From IMG/VR virus record IMGVR_UViG_2895548450_000001, positions 26,778 to 90,777 of that record: a DNA stretch of 64,000 nucleotides, one strand, 5' to 3'. The DNA comes from a virus. Its lineage: Duplodnaviria; Caudoviricetes. Made by a program: the position numbers and the translations under genes. Below, in pieces: positions 28,902 to 39,240 of this stretch (positions are counted from its first letter, which is position 1; each line of letters starts with the position of its first letter). A model generated the notes under the pieces. That model worked only from the letters and a program-made list of their open reading frames with translations, was not told the origin of the DNA and made no database searches.

Positions 28902-30077
28902 ATGAATATCCCCGCTAATACAGCAAACACTACCTCTTTAGATACCGACGTTCGCTTCGAACAAACCCTTTTCAAGGTTCACTCTGGTGGTAAAGTCGGC
29001 TCATGGCATATCAAGGTTACGCTTAACCCAGATGATACCGCCAGTACACTTGTTACGTCTCGAAAGGTCTTAGGTGGTAAGGGTGTTGAAACCCCCACGG
29101 ATTACACGGAAGGCAAGAATATCGGCCGCAGCAACGAAACCACCCCAATTATGCAAGCGGTGTTCGAAGCCCAAAGCAAAGTCAAAAAGCAGCTAGATAA
29201 AGGCTATGTTGAAGAACAGCCGGAAGAAGGTGCAGCGGTAACGAACTCCCTCGGACTAGTTAAACCTATGCTGGCCCAACCTATCGAGAAAGTAAAAAGC
29301 TGGGAATTCCCAGTCTTTGTGCAGCCTAAGATGGATGGGCACCGATGCTTAGCCACTATCAAAGACGGTAAAGTATTCCTTTACTCTCGAGGCGGCAAAC
29401 CTATTACTGTGGTCCATATCATGGAACGTTTACAGGCTCTCTACGATAAAGGTATTTGGGATGGTACGACGTTGGATGGTGAGCTTTACTGTCATGGTAA
29501 AGCCTTTGAAAATATTTCTAGCCTCATCAAGAAGCCCCAAGAAGACAGTAAACACCTGTCGTACAATATCTATGATGTTGTTATGGATGCTCCTTACGTG
29601 GATCGATTTGATTACTTGGACGCTCGTATAACTGAAAGCTCTTACCCTACCCTCTGTCTAACGGCCTGTTACAAAGTTTCAGACCAAGCGAGTATTGACC
29701 ACTATCATGCTTCTTGGACCTCTAACGGCTATGAAGGCACGATGATTCGCCAAGGGGATGCCCCCTATGAAACGGACAAGCGCAGCGCTTCTTTGATGAA
29801 GAGAAAGGACGAAGAAGACGCGGAGTTTGAGATTATCGGTATTCGCAAAGGTAAGCCTAATAAGCGTCTAGGTACCGAAGTCGGTATTTATGTTTGTCAA
29901 ACCGCGGATGGTAAAACGTTTGATGTTACGGCGCCTGGGGATGCGAACGAGAAACACGACCATGCTATGAATGGTCATAAGAATATCGGTAAAAAGCTCA
30001 CCGTGTTCTCATATGGCTACACCCAAGAAGGTAAGCCATGCCATATCACAAATTCTCGTATTCGTGAGGACCTGTAA
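28902..30077 (+). CDS. ATP-dependent DNA ligase
   Basis: QPKMDG, LDGELY, YEGTMIR motifs. Confidence 0.92.
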   Translation: MNIPANTANTTSLDTDVRFEQTLFKVHSGGKVGSWHIKVTLNPDDTASTLVTSRKVLGGKGVETPTDYTEGKNIGRSNETTPIMQAVFEAQSKVKKQLDKGYVEEQPEEGAAVTNSLGLVKPMLAQPIEKVKSWEFPVFVQPKMDGHRCLATIKDGKVFLYSRGGKPITVVHIMERLQALYDKGIWDGTTLDGELYCHGKAFENISSLIKKPQEDSKHLSYNIYDVVMDAPYVDRFDYLDARITESSYPTLCLTACYKVSDQASIDHYHASWTSNGYEGTMIRQGDAPYETDKRSASLMKRKDEEDAEFEIIGIRKGKPNKRLGTEVGIYVCQTADGKTFDVTAPGDANEKHDHAMNGHKNIGKKLTVFSYGYTQEGKPCHITNSRIREDL

Positions 30078-30712
30078 TGGCCCAGCTACGTCGTGATAAT
30101 GTATTTCGATTACAACGTAGCTTGTTCTACTGGGATAAGTCTTTTGACGCACCATTCGTGCATCTTATCTACAAAAAGCTTCGAGCTTACATTGACGATA
30201 AGTTCCCTGATTTTGACTGGGATAGCGAATTAAAGTTAGCGAGGGAAGACTTTTCCCATGTTAAGACTTGGGGGGACTTAGATACAGGTCTTGAAAAAGA
30301 CCGCGTAGTCATTCGGTTCAAAGGCCAGAGTATAGATATCACACTCACTAAAATGATGTGGTGTTTACTTTACCCTGATTACTTACTGATAACCTACCCT
30401 ATCTGGCCCCCAGGAAAAGTAAAGACGATGGACCCAGTGACACGACGTTGGGCTAACCCTATGTATCACTATCCGTCTCGTTACTGGCACCTACCGGATC
30501 ACGTTTACACCTATTTCGAGAGTGTTTATGGTGAACGTAGGTTGGAGGATATTAAAAGTAACAATTATCACAGGTACCTAGAAAAGCGTGATGAGTATTG
30601 CCGATACTTTGCTCGTAAGTATAAGTTACCCGAGTCACATTTTGCGGCGGTAACCGGTACTAAAGTACAGGCAAGAAAGTTAGATTTACAAAGTATCTTA
30701 TCTGTTTATTGA
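30077..30712 (+). CDS. Hypothetical protein
   Basis: TAATG coupling to ligase. Confidence 0.7.
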   Translation: MAQLRRDNVFRLQRSLFYWDKSFDAPFVHLIYKKLRAYIDDKFPDFDWDSELKLAREDFSHVKTWGDLDTGLEKDRVVIRFKGQSIDITLTKMMWCLLYPDYLLITYPIWPPGKVKTMDPVTRRWANPMYHYPSRYWHLPDHVYTYFESVYGERRLEDIKSNNYHRYLEKRDEYCRYFARKYKLPESHFAAVTGTKVQARKLDLQSILSVY

Positions 30713-30732
30713 CTTAGGAGGACCTATATAGA

Positions 30733-31002
30733 ATGGCTCAAAATATGAGAGCGGATTACCTATTAAAGTTAAGAAGGGTGCAAGCCCAGCTTTCTAAAAT
30801 TAGGGACTTAGGTTCGAGCGCGAACTTTGAGACTTTACTTAAAGATATCGACGAAGCTAACACCATAGCGGGAGCTTTAGGGATTGAGGAACCTTACCCT
30901 GATAACCTAATAGGTGAAATTAAGGCCATGCAAGACCGTTTAACGCGTTATCAACAAACCGGCTTAGACGTCCCGAGTTTAGGTAATGTCGTCAAACACT
31001 AA
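30733..31002 (+). CDS. Hypothetical protein
   Basis: AGGAGG RBS. Confidence 0.65.
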   Translation: MAQNMRADYLLKLRRVQAQLSKIRDLGSSANFETLLKDIDEANTIAGALGIEEPYPDNLIGEIKAMQDRLTRYQQTGLDVPSLGNVVKH

Positions 31003-31264
31003 ACCCCAACCCAAGTTGGAGCCTATAACGCTCCAACTTGAGGTTGTATCCTCGCTTCACAAAGCGATTGGGATGCGAATAGATTTCCATACGACTTTTA
31101 CGTTTGAAGATAACGGAGAGGCCTTACGGAAGAAATTAGATATGGCTGAGAGTAGCTTCAGCCGATTACGACGCGGTACTAAAGAAATAACTTTGACAGA
31201 CTTACAAATTCTGGCAGAATTCTTTAATACTAGGGTAATAAATATTATTAAAGCTAATTTTTAA
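30986..31264 (+). CDS. HTH DNA-binding protein
   Basis: LRKKLDMAESSFSRLRRG..ITLTDLQILAEFF XRE-like. Confidence 0.65.
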   Translation: MSSNTKPQPKLEPITLQLEVVSSLHKAIGMRIDFHTTFTFEDNGEALRKKLDMAESSFSRLRRGTKEITLTDLQILAEFFNTRVINIIKANF

Positions 31265-31290
31265 TTACTCAAACAATCAGGAAATTGACG

Positions 31291-31983
31291 ATGCAACTGC
31301 ACAAAGACCCCGCACCCCTCGGGCACTACGGTATCCATGAGGACGACGGTGTAAATTATCTCTATCAAGATATTTGTCCCCACGGCTGGAACTTTATCGG
31401 CCTAAGTACAAAATCAAATCTCACTGTAAAACCGCTTAAAAACCAGTGCTCACATAATATCAATGTGAATCTGGCCACGCGTAAACTCAGTAAAATCCAT
31501 TTGGCTAAGTTCAACAACATCGTGGCCGATCCTTTGGTTCAAGCAATGTTACCGGTCCCTAATGGTAAGACTTACTTTCTGGATGCGAATAAGTTCCCCG
31601 ACGCTGCGGTATGGCTTGCGTGTCTTGAGCGTTTGAATTCTCCACTTCATACATGGGTTAAGCCTTTGTTTGCGGTGAGCATGAACCATGCGCTGAAGCA
31701 TATTGATAAGACCAACATTCACCCTATGGTCTTTGTCGACCTTAAGGGCACTGACACGGAAGAGGTTCTTAAGCTTGCAACTGCAGCTCGTACTTCACCC
31801 CGCACGGTTATCTTTTGTGGTGATCCCTCAATGGTGCTTCCTAAGCATATTGAACGCTTGGATACGAAGCTCGATGAGCTTACGACGTTGCAAGATTTGA
31901 TTAGCCTTCCACTGGAACACCTAGGGAGCTATATCCTTTCGGAATACTGCAAAGGAACACGTTCCTTTTCGAAAGTCGCGTAA
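31291..31983 (+). CDS. Hypothetical protein
   Basis: Start motif, 230 aa. Confidence 0.75.
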   Translation: MQLHKDPAPLGHYGIHEDDGVNYLYQDICPHGWNFIGLSTKSNLTVKPLKNQCSHNINVNLATRKLSKIHLAKFNNIVADPLVQAMLPVPNGKTYFLDANKFPDAAVWLACLERLNSPLHTWVKPLFAVSMNHALKHIDKTNIHPMVFVDLKGTDTEEVLKLATAARTSPRTVIFCGDPSMVLPKHIERLDTKLDELTTLQDLISLPLEHLGSYILSEYCKGTRSFSKVA

Positions 31984-32027
31984 CAATAAGAGCAACTAAT
32001 AAATTGACGATAAGAGACACGAAAGCC

Positions 32028-32369
32028 ATGTTGAAATTTTCAGAAAGACTCGCGCTAATCAAGAATGCCCTAAAAGAGAAAGGGCTTAGCCAGAAGGACG
32101 TAGCCCAAGCTTTAAACAGCAACCAAGCTAAAGTCTCTCTGGCGTTATCTGGCACTAAAGAAATCCCTATGGAGTTTCTTCTAGAGCTGTTACGTGAGTC
32201 TGAATACCCCATTGAAAAGGTCTTCCCCACTTTGCAACGTGATTTGAAGGATATTGTCACTTTGCTCGAGAAAGGGGCCAGTCAACAGGCAACGGTAAAT
32301 TTACTTAATTTGATGAAATTGACTAACCACTATGACAGACCTCAAGAAGATACCAAAGCAGCCAGCTAA
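32028..32369 (+). CDS. XRE/Cro-like HTH regulator
   Basis: KEKGLSQKDVAQALNSNQAKVSLALSG. Confidence 0.8.
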   Translation: MLKFSERLALIKNALKEKGLSQKDVAQALNSNQAKVSLALSGTKEIPMEFLLELLRESEYPIEKVFPTLQRDLKDIVTLLEKGASQQATVNLLNLMKLTNHYDRPQEDTKAAS

Positions 32370-33810
32370 CGAAATTTGGTTCGATATGAATGACGTATAT
32401 GACAGACGCGATTCACTGTCATTGCGTGATTATCAAATCGAGCACTTAGGTTTCTCACTGGCGAACCCTCGTTCTATGGACCTCTCAGAGGCCGGTACCG
32501 GTAAAACGCCGGCTGGGTGCCTCTGGGTTTATCACCACACTAAAGATGGTCGCGTTATCTGGACCATGCCTAAGTCTTTACTGGTAAAAAACTACCATGA
32601 ATTATTACTGTGGTCAGACTTAGAGCCCCACCAAATTATGGTGATTGATGGTACGCCAGCGCAACGGGCCAAGCAGTTCGCTAACAAAGAAACCAAAGTA
32701 TTTATGATGGGGTTCGATGCCTTCGCTAATAATCACAAGGAGATTGTTGAACGATACCCCGACACGTATCACCTATGTGGTGATGAATGGCACTTAGGGT
32801 TTAGCACCCACGGAGAACCGCATTACCGAAAGCCTAATACTTTTATAGGCCCCCAGCGCACCCACAAAATGTACCAGTATATGAAACGTGGCGGGGACTT
32901 ATTGATTATGACGGGTACATTTATCAATGGCCGGTTGTGTTCAGCATACCCAGGGTTGAAGTTGATTAACCCTCTGTACTATCCAACGTACAACAACTTC
33001 ATGATGTGGCACGCTATGTTGGATGAGTATGGAAAGCCTTTCATGTGGAAGAACCACGACAGGCTGCAAGAGCTTATCGACAAACACAGTAAGCGGGTTA
33101 CGTATGAAAAAGCTTACGGCAAGGAAAAGAAAGTTATCGTTGCCGAAATGTGTACTATGTCTAAGTCTCAGGCCAAAGCGTTCAACGATATTAAGCAAAA
33201 AGGTATCACTGAACTTGAAGATGATTTCTTAGAAGCAGAGAACGAAGCGGTAACTCTGCAGCGGTGCTTTAAGATCATGCAATGCCCTGAAGAGTATGGG
33301 TTGAAACATAACGATTCGGACGGTAAAGACGCTCACCTCATACAGCATCTTGAGACGCACAAGTTCAACGAAGAGCCTTTGATTATCTTCGAAACAGTTG
33401 TTGCGGCCCATGTGCGCTATAAGAAGATATGCGAAAAAATGGGGCTTCGTGCTGAGTATATAAATGGCAGCATAACGAGTCGACGCGGGGAAATAGACCA
33501 CAAGTTCCGCCATGGTGAAATTGATGTGTTGATTTGTAGCCCTGAAGTTGCCGGTGTGGGTTTTAACTGGGGTCACGTAGACCACATGATATTTACCTCG
33601 TTTGACTGGCAAGACACTACGTTTATTCAGAACTATCGAAGAGCGCTTCGTGGTGTTCGTGAGAAAGCCGTGCGAATTACCTTGCTTGTCTATCGTGGTG
33701 GCCTAGAGCTTCACGTAGCTAAAAAACTACTAAATAAATCGAATGACCGTACACAAGTTGAAGAAGGTGTGACGGTTGACCTTGTAACCCCAATAATGCA
33801 AGCCGCTTAA
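32332..33810 (+). CDS. SNF2-like SF2 helicase
   Basis: LRDYQ, GTGKT, DEWH, MTGT, GVGFN, QNYRRALR. Confidence 0.87.
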   Translation: MTDLKKIPKQPANEIWFDMNDVYDRRDSLSLRDYQIEHLGFSLANPRSMDLSEAGTGKTPAGCLWVYHHTKDGRVIWTMPKSLLVKNYHELLLWSDLEPHQIMVIDGTPAQRAKQFANKETKVFMMGFDAFANNHKEIVERYPDTYHLCGDEWHLGFSTHGEPHYRKPNTFIGPQRTHKMYQYMKRGGDLLIMTGTFINGRLCSAYPGLKLINPLYYPTYNNFMMWHAMLDEYGKPFMWKNHDRLQELIDKHSKRVTYEKAYGKEKKVIVAEMCTMSKSQAKAFNDIKQKGITELEDDFLEAENEAVTLQRCFKIMQCPEEYGLKHNDSDGKDAHLIQHLETHKFNEEPLIIFETVVAAHVRYKKICEKMGLRAEYINGSITSRRGEIDHKFRHGEIDVLICSPEVAGVGFNWGHVDHMIFTSFDWQDTTFIQNYRRALRGVREKAVRITLLVYRGGLELHVAKKLLNKSNDRTQVEEGVTVDLVTPIMQAA

Positions 33811-33900
33811 GGACTATTATGCAAAAGACAAAAGTTGCACTCGCTGTACAACTTGCGCTGTATACAGACGCATTTCATCAAACCGTTATGGAGAATAAAA

Positions 33901-34170
33901 ATGCCGGAGTTTAAGCCTACGGAAATGAGAGTTATTCCCGCGCTTTTGAAGTCCAATTTGGATTTTATATCTAAGTCTTTGAAAAATCCTGTGGACCAAG
34001 ACGAGCATATAATGGAGTACGGCATACTCAAAATGCAGCAAAAAATTCAAACTCTCAACAGTAAGGAATTAGAAACCTTCCTAGCTGAATCAAAGGACAA
34101 TATAGCGACACTAAGAATGGTTTTAGATGCCGCTGAAAAAGAAATAGCAACATTAGTTGACGAAGGTTAA
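33901..34170 (+). CDS. Hypothetical protein
   Basis: GGAG RBS; start corrected. Confidence 0.65.
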   Translation: MPEFKPTEMRVIPALLKSNLDFISKSLKNPVDQDEHIMEYGILKMQQKIQTLNSKELETFLAESKDNIATLRMVLDAAEKEIATLVDEG

Positions 34171-34304
34171 TTAATAAGCTAAGGTTATCATCTATACCTC
34201 TTTAAAGGCCGGTATAGCGATACTTCGGAGCAAACCGAAGGGCGAAAGCCGAACAAACAGTAATTAATCAAAATGTAATTAATCAAAAAATTAGGAAATT
34301 GACG

Positions 34305-35360
34305 ATGAACAATATCGAACAAATGATCGCGGCTGCTCAAAATAACGCAGCTCAAGCTACTACTGCTCAACAGGAAACTCAAGTTACCCAGCAAGCCGCG
34401 GGTCAAGACTTCCAGCAAGCTAACACGGTTCAAGCTAATACTACGCAGCAACAAGCTACGCAGCAACAAGCGAACCCACAGGTTGTGAACCAGACTGAAA
34501 CTTATACTCAGACTGCGGAAGCCGCCCCCCAGCAAGCTACCCCACAGGTTGTAAATCAACAAGCTAATACTGCTCAGGTTAACACCCAGCAAGCGAGTGC
34601 AATCCCACAGCACTTGCAACAACAAGCACAAGCTCAGCAAGCAGCACAAGCTCAACCACAACAGCAAGCTCCAATGGCGGTGAACCCCGTAGGTAATATG
34701 AGTATGGATATCCCTGCGAACTTACCGCCCGAGTTGGCTAAGTTTATCGGTCAGCGCGAAATGTCGATGGATACCATGTCTAACTCTGACCTATTGGTTC
34801 AAGACTGGTTGAAGCCAAGCTACCACGGTATGGTTTTAGGTAGCGCTCCTGCAACACTTCTTAACCCGTTCCAGGTTGAAATTGATATGACTGAGAACGT
34901 TGGGTATATGCTTTGCCAAATGGTTCGCTGGACGGTGCCAACACCAACAGGAGACCAAACCAACTATGTTCACACCTACGACGGTTTGACAGGTTCAGAT
35001 GGTCAACCTTGGGCGAATGCTGTAATAACAGCTTACCGCGCCCCCACTACGGACCCTAAAAAGCCAAACGTACCGTTCCCAAGTGTTCAGTTACCAATGC
35101 GTTTACTTAACGACATTGCTAACCAGCAAGGCGCGGTTATCGCTCAGGCAGGGATCATGATTGGTCACACTACGGCCAAGACTGGCTGGCAGAACTGGCA
35201 GAACTTCCACAATGCGTGTAAGCAAGCTGGGTTACTAGGTCAGAAAGTGATTGTTGAAGTGTCTAACCAACCAGTGGCACCAAAAGGTATCACGTATAAG
35301 TGGGGGACTCTAGAGTTCAAATTGATTGGTCCGGCACAAGGCCAAATCGCAGCACAATAA
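34305..35360 (+). CDS. Protein with Gln/Ala-rich N-terminus, possible ssDNA-binding protein
   Basis: ~125 aa Q/A/T low complexity plus globular domain; SSB call positional only. Confidence 0.6.
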   Translation: MNNIEQMIAAAQNNAAQATTAQQETQVTQQAAGQDFQQANTVQANTTQQQATQQQANPQVVNQTETYTQTAEAAPQQATPQVVNQQANTAQVNTQQASAIPQHLQQQAQAQQAAQAQPQQQAPMAVNPVGNMSMDIPANLPPELAKFIGQREMSMDTMSNSDLLVQDWLKPSYHGMVLGSAPATLLNPFQVEIDMTENVGYMLCQMVRWTVPTPTGDQTNYVHTYDGLTGSDGQPWANAVITAYRAPTTDPKKPNVPFPSVQLPMRLLNDIANQQGAVIAQAGIMIGHTTAKTGWQNWQNFHNACKQAGLLGQKVIVEVSNQPVAPKGITYKWGTLEFKLIGPAQGQIAAQ

Positions 35361-35378
35361 CCTTTTAATTAACTTAAG

Positions 35379-35403
35379 AAGGGTCGGCTTGTCCGGCCCT
35401 TTT
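35379..35403 (+). terminator. Rho-independent terminator
   Basis: AAGGGTCGG/CCGGCCCTT stem plus T run. Confidence 0.6.
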
Positions 35404-35422
35404 ACTCTCGGAAATTGACGAT

Positions 35423-36226
35423 ATGACAAAGCTAAAACTACACGTTTGTGATGGTAATAACCTTCTTCGCCGCAAGTTTGAAAGTGAGGGTCCTAGCTGG
35501 GCTATCCTTGCCTACGTTCAGGCTTGTGCAAATAATTCTCCTAACGGCTCACTCATCTGGGTTTGGGATGGCGCTAACGCTAAAAAGCCTCGCCAAGAAA
35601 TTCACCCAGCCTATAAAGCCGGTTCAGATTCTACCGACGAATTCTATCTCTTCATGGATAAGTTCCGTGAATTGCTTACACACTCTGGCTGTATCCAGAT
35701 TCGATGCGAAGGCCGAGAAGCCGATGATGTTATTGCTGAATTGGTAAATACCAAATCGCCTGAAACTGAAATCTTTATCGACAGTAACGACCAAGATTTT
35801 CGCCAACTGCTTAGCGACACGGTAACTATGGACTACGTGAGCGAGAAGCTTAAAGAATTCAAGCCTGATGATATGCGCCTCTACAAAACACTGGTTGGCG
35901 ATAAATCGGATGCGATTACGGGCCTCGCACGTTTCGGCCATGGCACGTACCAGAAACTAAATGATTCCGCGAAGTGCTTTCTAGAAGATGCTTTGCAAAG
36001 TGATGAGCCTATCACAGCGGAGCAAGTTGAAGCTGAAGCGGGATTCACAAAAGCTATGGCTGCTCGATTTGTTGAGAGCCGTGATGAGCTGAAGAAGTTC
36101 TGGAAGATCATCGGTTTCTTCCACGTACCTCAAAGCGAAATTCACGCTGGTACGATTATCGGTAAGCAAGATACCGTAGCGGCCAAAGCTGTCTTCGACG
36201 CTTTAGCAATTCCTATCAACTTATAG
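35423..36226 (+). CDS. 5'-3' exonuclease / flap endonuclease
   Basis: DGNN, VWDG, YKA, EADDVIA, DQDFRQL, LVGDKSD. Confidence 0.9.
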   Translation: MTKLKLHVCDGNNLLRRKFESEGPSWAILAYVQACANNSPNGSLIWVWDGANAKKPRQEIHPAYKAGSDSTDEFYLFMDKFRELLTHSGCIQIRCEGREADDVIAELVNTKSPETEIFIDSNDQDFRQLLSDTVTMDYVSEKLKEFKPDDMRLYKTLVGDKSDAITGLARFGHGTYQKLNDSAKCFLEDALQSDEPITAEQVEAEAGFTKAMAARFVESRDELKKFWKIIGFFHVPQSEIHAGTIIGKQDTVAAKAVFDALAIPINL

Positions 36227-36257
36227 TGGTTGGGGCTTCGGCCCCTCGAGAACGATT

Positions 36258-36887
36258 ATGAGTAGCACAAATAAAAAGGTCGCTGAGTTCGAAGACTACC
36301 CCACCCCTAGAGAACTTGTCGAAGCCTTATTCAAACATATTGACTGGGACGCGCTTAGGCACTTTGCGTCCTACGACAACCGGCCAGCTCGGTTCCTAGA
36401 GCCGTGTCGGGGCCTGAAAAGAAATATCTACGACTTGGTACCACCGGACTTTGAAAAGTATTACTGCGAAATTCAAGAAGGTTTGGACTACCTAGAAGCG
36501 GAGTTCGACCCAATAAACTTCGATATTATTGTAACGAACCCCCCTTTCTCACTCTTTGAAGAATTCGTCACCAAAGCACGAAGCGAAGCTGCAGACCACG
36601 GGTTCGTATGCTTCTTAATGCGGATTAACGCTTTAGGTACGAAGAAACGAGAACAGTTCTGGGCGGATAACCCGCCGGATAAAATTATTGTCGCTGTACC
36701 ACGCCCAGACTTTAGTGGTGGAGGTGGGGATAGCTGCGAGTATGCGTGGTTCTGCTGGGACCCCACAGGGATACTCTTAGTGGACTCTAACGTTGGGCGC
36801 CTTAACTGGGATAAACCATCAAAGCGCAGAAGCAAGAAGATAGACAACCGGAAATTGACTGATGAAAAAGAAAGCCAAACGCAATAA
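36258..36887 (+). CDS. DNA amino-methyltransferase
   Basis: DYPTP, LEPC.G, TNPPFS, EYAWFCW. Confidence 0.85.
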   Translation: MSSTNKKVAEFEDYPTPRELVEALFKHIDWDALRHFASYDNRPARFLEPCRGLKRNIYDLVPPDFEKYYCEIQEGLDYLEAEFDPINFDIIVTNPPFSLFEEFVTKARSEAADHGFVCFLMRINALGTKKREQFWADNPPDKIIVAVPRPDFSGGGGDSCEYAWFCWDPTGILLVDSNVGRLNWDKPSKRRSKKIDNRKLTDEKESQTQ

Positions 36888-37380
36888 GAAATACAACCCT
36901 CGAAAGTATATGGACCTAGTTGTTCGCGACAGGGTGAAGAACTTTGCTATCGCAATGGTTTTAGGTGAAACAAAATATTGCACACTTATTGACTATAAGA
37001 CCGGCGAGGAACTTAACGTAACGGTTGATGTGGCCGAGAGTGTTGAGAAGGGTTGTTTCAATTGGTATTACGAATGTTCAGTAGTTTGTCGCGATCAGAC
37101 AGGTAAAGAATACGTCGTTAGTGAACCACATTATTTCCAATCGCGTTACCGCCAGTCGGATAAGCGTCTAAATAAGTACCTCAACCAAGTACATGCTGCT
37201 TTCAAAGAAAAACAAAATCCCCTTCATGTTGTCACGATGGCCTGGGTCGCTATTCCCGTTATCGACGAAACAGAAAACCTCGACCTCGAGACTCTTGGCA
37301 AAATCTACGAAAACCTTGGCGCGTTCGATTACCTATCAAAGTGGGAGAACGACCAGCTTGAGAAGGAGAAAGTGGCGTGA
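36862..37380 (+). CDS. Hypothetical protein
   Basis: KRNKKYNPRK basic N-terminus; motif variant. Confidence 0.7.
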   Translation: MKKKAKRNKKYNPRKYMDLVVRDRVKNFAIAMVLGETKYCTLIDYKTGEELNVTVDVAESVEKGCFNWYYECSVVCRDQTGKEYVVSEPHYFQSRYRQSDKRLNKYLNQVHAAFKEKQNPLHVVTMAWVAIPVIDETENLDLETLGKIYENLGAFDYLSKWENDQLEKEKVA

Positions 37381-38237
37381 GCAAATACAAATTTAATAAC
37401 GGCTTTATTTATTGCAACGATTTTAAGCTGCCAATGACTAGAGTTGTAGAAGCTCTGAATGAAATGAGTGCGAAGCTACACGAAAAGGACAGGGAATATA
37501 AGGACCTTTTCGAAGCCTTTGAGGATGGTCAAAAGGTTTTAAGGGCTGCGAATAAGCGCGTGGAAAACCTCTCCCGAGTAAACAATGAGTATGGGGAGGT
37601 TCTAACCCCTATCTGGGATTACTGTCGGGGGAACGTAAAGGTTGAGCTAGGGAAAAGTATGACTGAGGCCTTAATTGAATCGCATAAACTTTTACAGTCT
37701 CAAGTTTGGAGCCTAGAACAGCGATGTAAATTGCTTGAGGAAGATGCCGAGGATACTGCTAAGTATGTAGAAATTCAGCGGGGGGAACTAGCAAAGGCTA
37801 ATGAGCGTGTGAAGGAGTGCCACGAAGAGCTTGTTAACAGGCATAATCACATACAGGAGTTAAGACAAGAAAGCGGAGAATACGCAATGCTTATTGCGAA
37901 TTTAGTTAGGCGTGCCGATGTTAAAACAGATTTACTGCAAAACCCGACATTTGAAAAGGCAAGTGAGCAACTAAACAAATTCGCCATAGAGAAGAAGGTG
38001 GAAGGTTACTACGACTCTTGTATTGAATCTGGTATGAATGGCGGTCAGGCAGATTTACTTTCTGACATCTACGGTGAACAACTACGCAAGGAGCAAGCGT
38101 CAGAATACGAATTTCGTGAAATCGGTGAAACTGAATGGACTCCATGCGATAAAGATTGGTTTGATTACTGTCAAAAATCACCCGAGCATGAAGCTAGGTT
38201 ACGCAAGGAGCAAGACGATGAAAAAACTAAAAGCTAA
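37377..38237 (+). CDS. Mosaic coiled-coil protein
   Basis: GTGA overlap; internal repeats (ANKRV/ANERV, LRKEQ x2). Confidence 0.7.
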   Translation: MSKYKFNNGFIYCNDFKLPMTRVVEALNEMSAKLHEKDREYKDLFEAFEDGQKVLRAANKRVENLSRVNNEYGEVLTPIWDYCRGNVKVELGKSMTEALIESHKLLQSQVWSLEQRCKLLEEDAEDTAKYVEIQRGELAKANERVKECHEELVNRHNHIQELRQESGEYAMLIANLVRRADVKTDLLQNPTFEKASEQLNKFAIEKKVEGYYDSCIESGMNGGQADLLSDIYGEQLRKEQASEYEFREIGETEWTPCDKDWFDYCQKSPEHEARLRKEQDDEKTKS

Positions 38238-38424
38238 TCAGCTAGGCCCATGGTGCTATTTCTGCGCTCCTAAGACGACGAGAGCGGTTTATCGTGAGAA
38301 TGGGTTTGCAGACAAGTTCGCTTGTTCAGAGCATAAAGGCGCTTTAGCTGAACATGAGAAGCGAGAAGCAGAGCAAGAAGCAAGGCTGACTGAAGCCGAT
38401 TATCAAACTTGGATGAGGTTATAG
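38218..38424 (+). CDS. Small Zn-binding protein
   Basis: CxxC...CxxH; AAGGAG RBS. Confidence 0.65.
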   Translation: MKKLKANQLGPWCYFCAPKTTRAVYRENGFADKFACSEHKGALAEHEKREAEQEARLTEADYQTWMRL

Positions 38425-38428
38425 GATT

Positions 38429-38686
38429 ATGTTTAGAGCAATTTACATATTTTACGTTATGAAGTTCGCACCTCGAACTATCGACAATAAAGCGAGTAAG
38501 TTTTGGCGCTTTAACGTAGAGCTTTTAAACGGGTTGCGCCGGTACGACACTTGGAAGCTTTATTCGCTGGGTCGGTTTTCAATCCGAGACCCCTTCAGTT
38601 ACCCCATGAGAACCCACTTTTCTTACTCGAGAGACTGGCATCCCTTTGTGTGGCAAAAGAAATTGACTCGTAAGGAGAGTGTTTAA
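38429..38686 (+). CDS. Hypothetical protein
   Basis: Tight operon packing. Confidence 0.55.
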   Translation: MFRAIYIFYVMKFAPRTIDNKASKFWRFNVELLNGLRRYDTWKLYSLGRFSIRDPFSYPMRTHFSYSRDWHPFVWQKKLTRKESV

Positions 38687-38688
38687 TT

Positions 38689-38874
38689 ATGCCGATTAAC
38701 CGAAAAACAAAAAAGAATGCTTGGTCCACTGAAGAAGAAACCAGGATGTTTAAAATGGCTAGAAATAAAACAACGTTCGAGGAACTTGAATCGGAGTTCC
38801 CAAATCGAACACTTGTTGCGATTAAAGATAAGTTCTATCGCATGGGGTTTAAGAATGAACATATCAGAACTTAA
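38689..38874 (+). CDS. Small Myb/SANT-like HTH protein
   Basis: WSTEEE...FPNRTLVAIKDK pattern. Confidence 0.6.
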   Translation: MPINRKTKKNAWSTEEETRMFKMARNKTTFEELESEFPNRTLVAIKDKFYRMGFKNEHIRT

Positions 38875-39064
38875 AATGATTCGTGTGGTGTGCCCTGATT
38901 GTGGGGCTGGCGGCGCGAGTAACTGGGCTTGCTTCTGTCACGTTTGTGAAGACCGAATTTTAATGCTCCCAGCTAAAGGGTCAAGCAACACCCAGAACTG
39001 GAACGAAATAGCGAGGCTGTATGAAGGTAAGGTATCAACGTACAGTCCGCAACTACCAGCTTAA
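38855..39064 (+). CDS. Small Zn-ribbon protein
   Basis: CPDC...CHVC. Confidence 0.6.
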   Translation: MNISELKMIRVVCPDCGAGGASNWACFCHVCEDRILMLPAKGSSNTQNWNEIARLYEGKVSTYSPQLPA

Positions 39065-39084
39065 CTAAAAACAGGGTATAGGTG

Positions 39085-39240
39085 ATGCCAACGGAAACTA
39101 AAGAGTCTCTTGAGGAAGTTGCGAAAGCCTTAGAGATTGTTCAAGAATTCGCAGAACGACATTGGAAGCCATGCCTTAGAGATTGTTGTGGGGATGCTAT
39201 GACCGATGTTGAAGAAATGAAACAACAACTATCAGCTTAA
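39085..39240 (+). CDS. 51-aa hypothetical protein between direct repeats (not in ORF track)
   Basis: MPTETKESLEEV...QLSA; flanked by 26-bp repeats. Confidence 0.55.
   Translation: MPTETKESLEEVAKALEIVQEFAERHWKPCLRDCCGDAMTDVEEMKQQLSA

Noticed and set aside
30191-30199. ATTGACGAT inside ORF 30077..30712
   Set aside because: No GGA and no following start; compatible with chance
34188-34667. Leu-rich minus-strand ORF resembling a membrane protein
   Set aside because: Antisense reading of Gln codons
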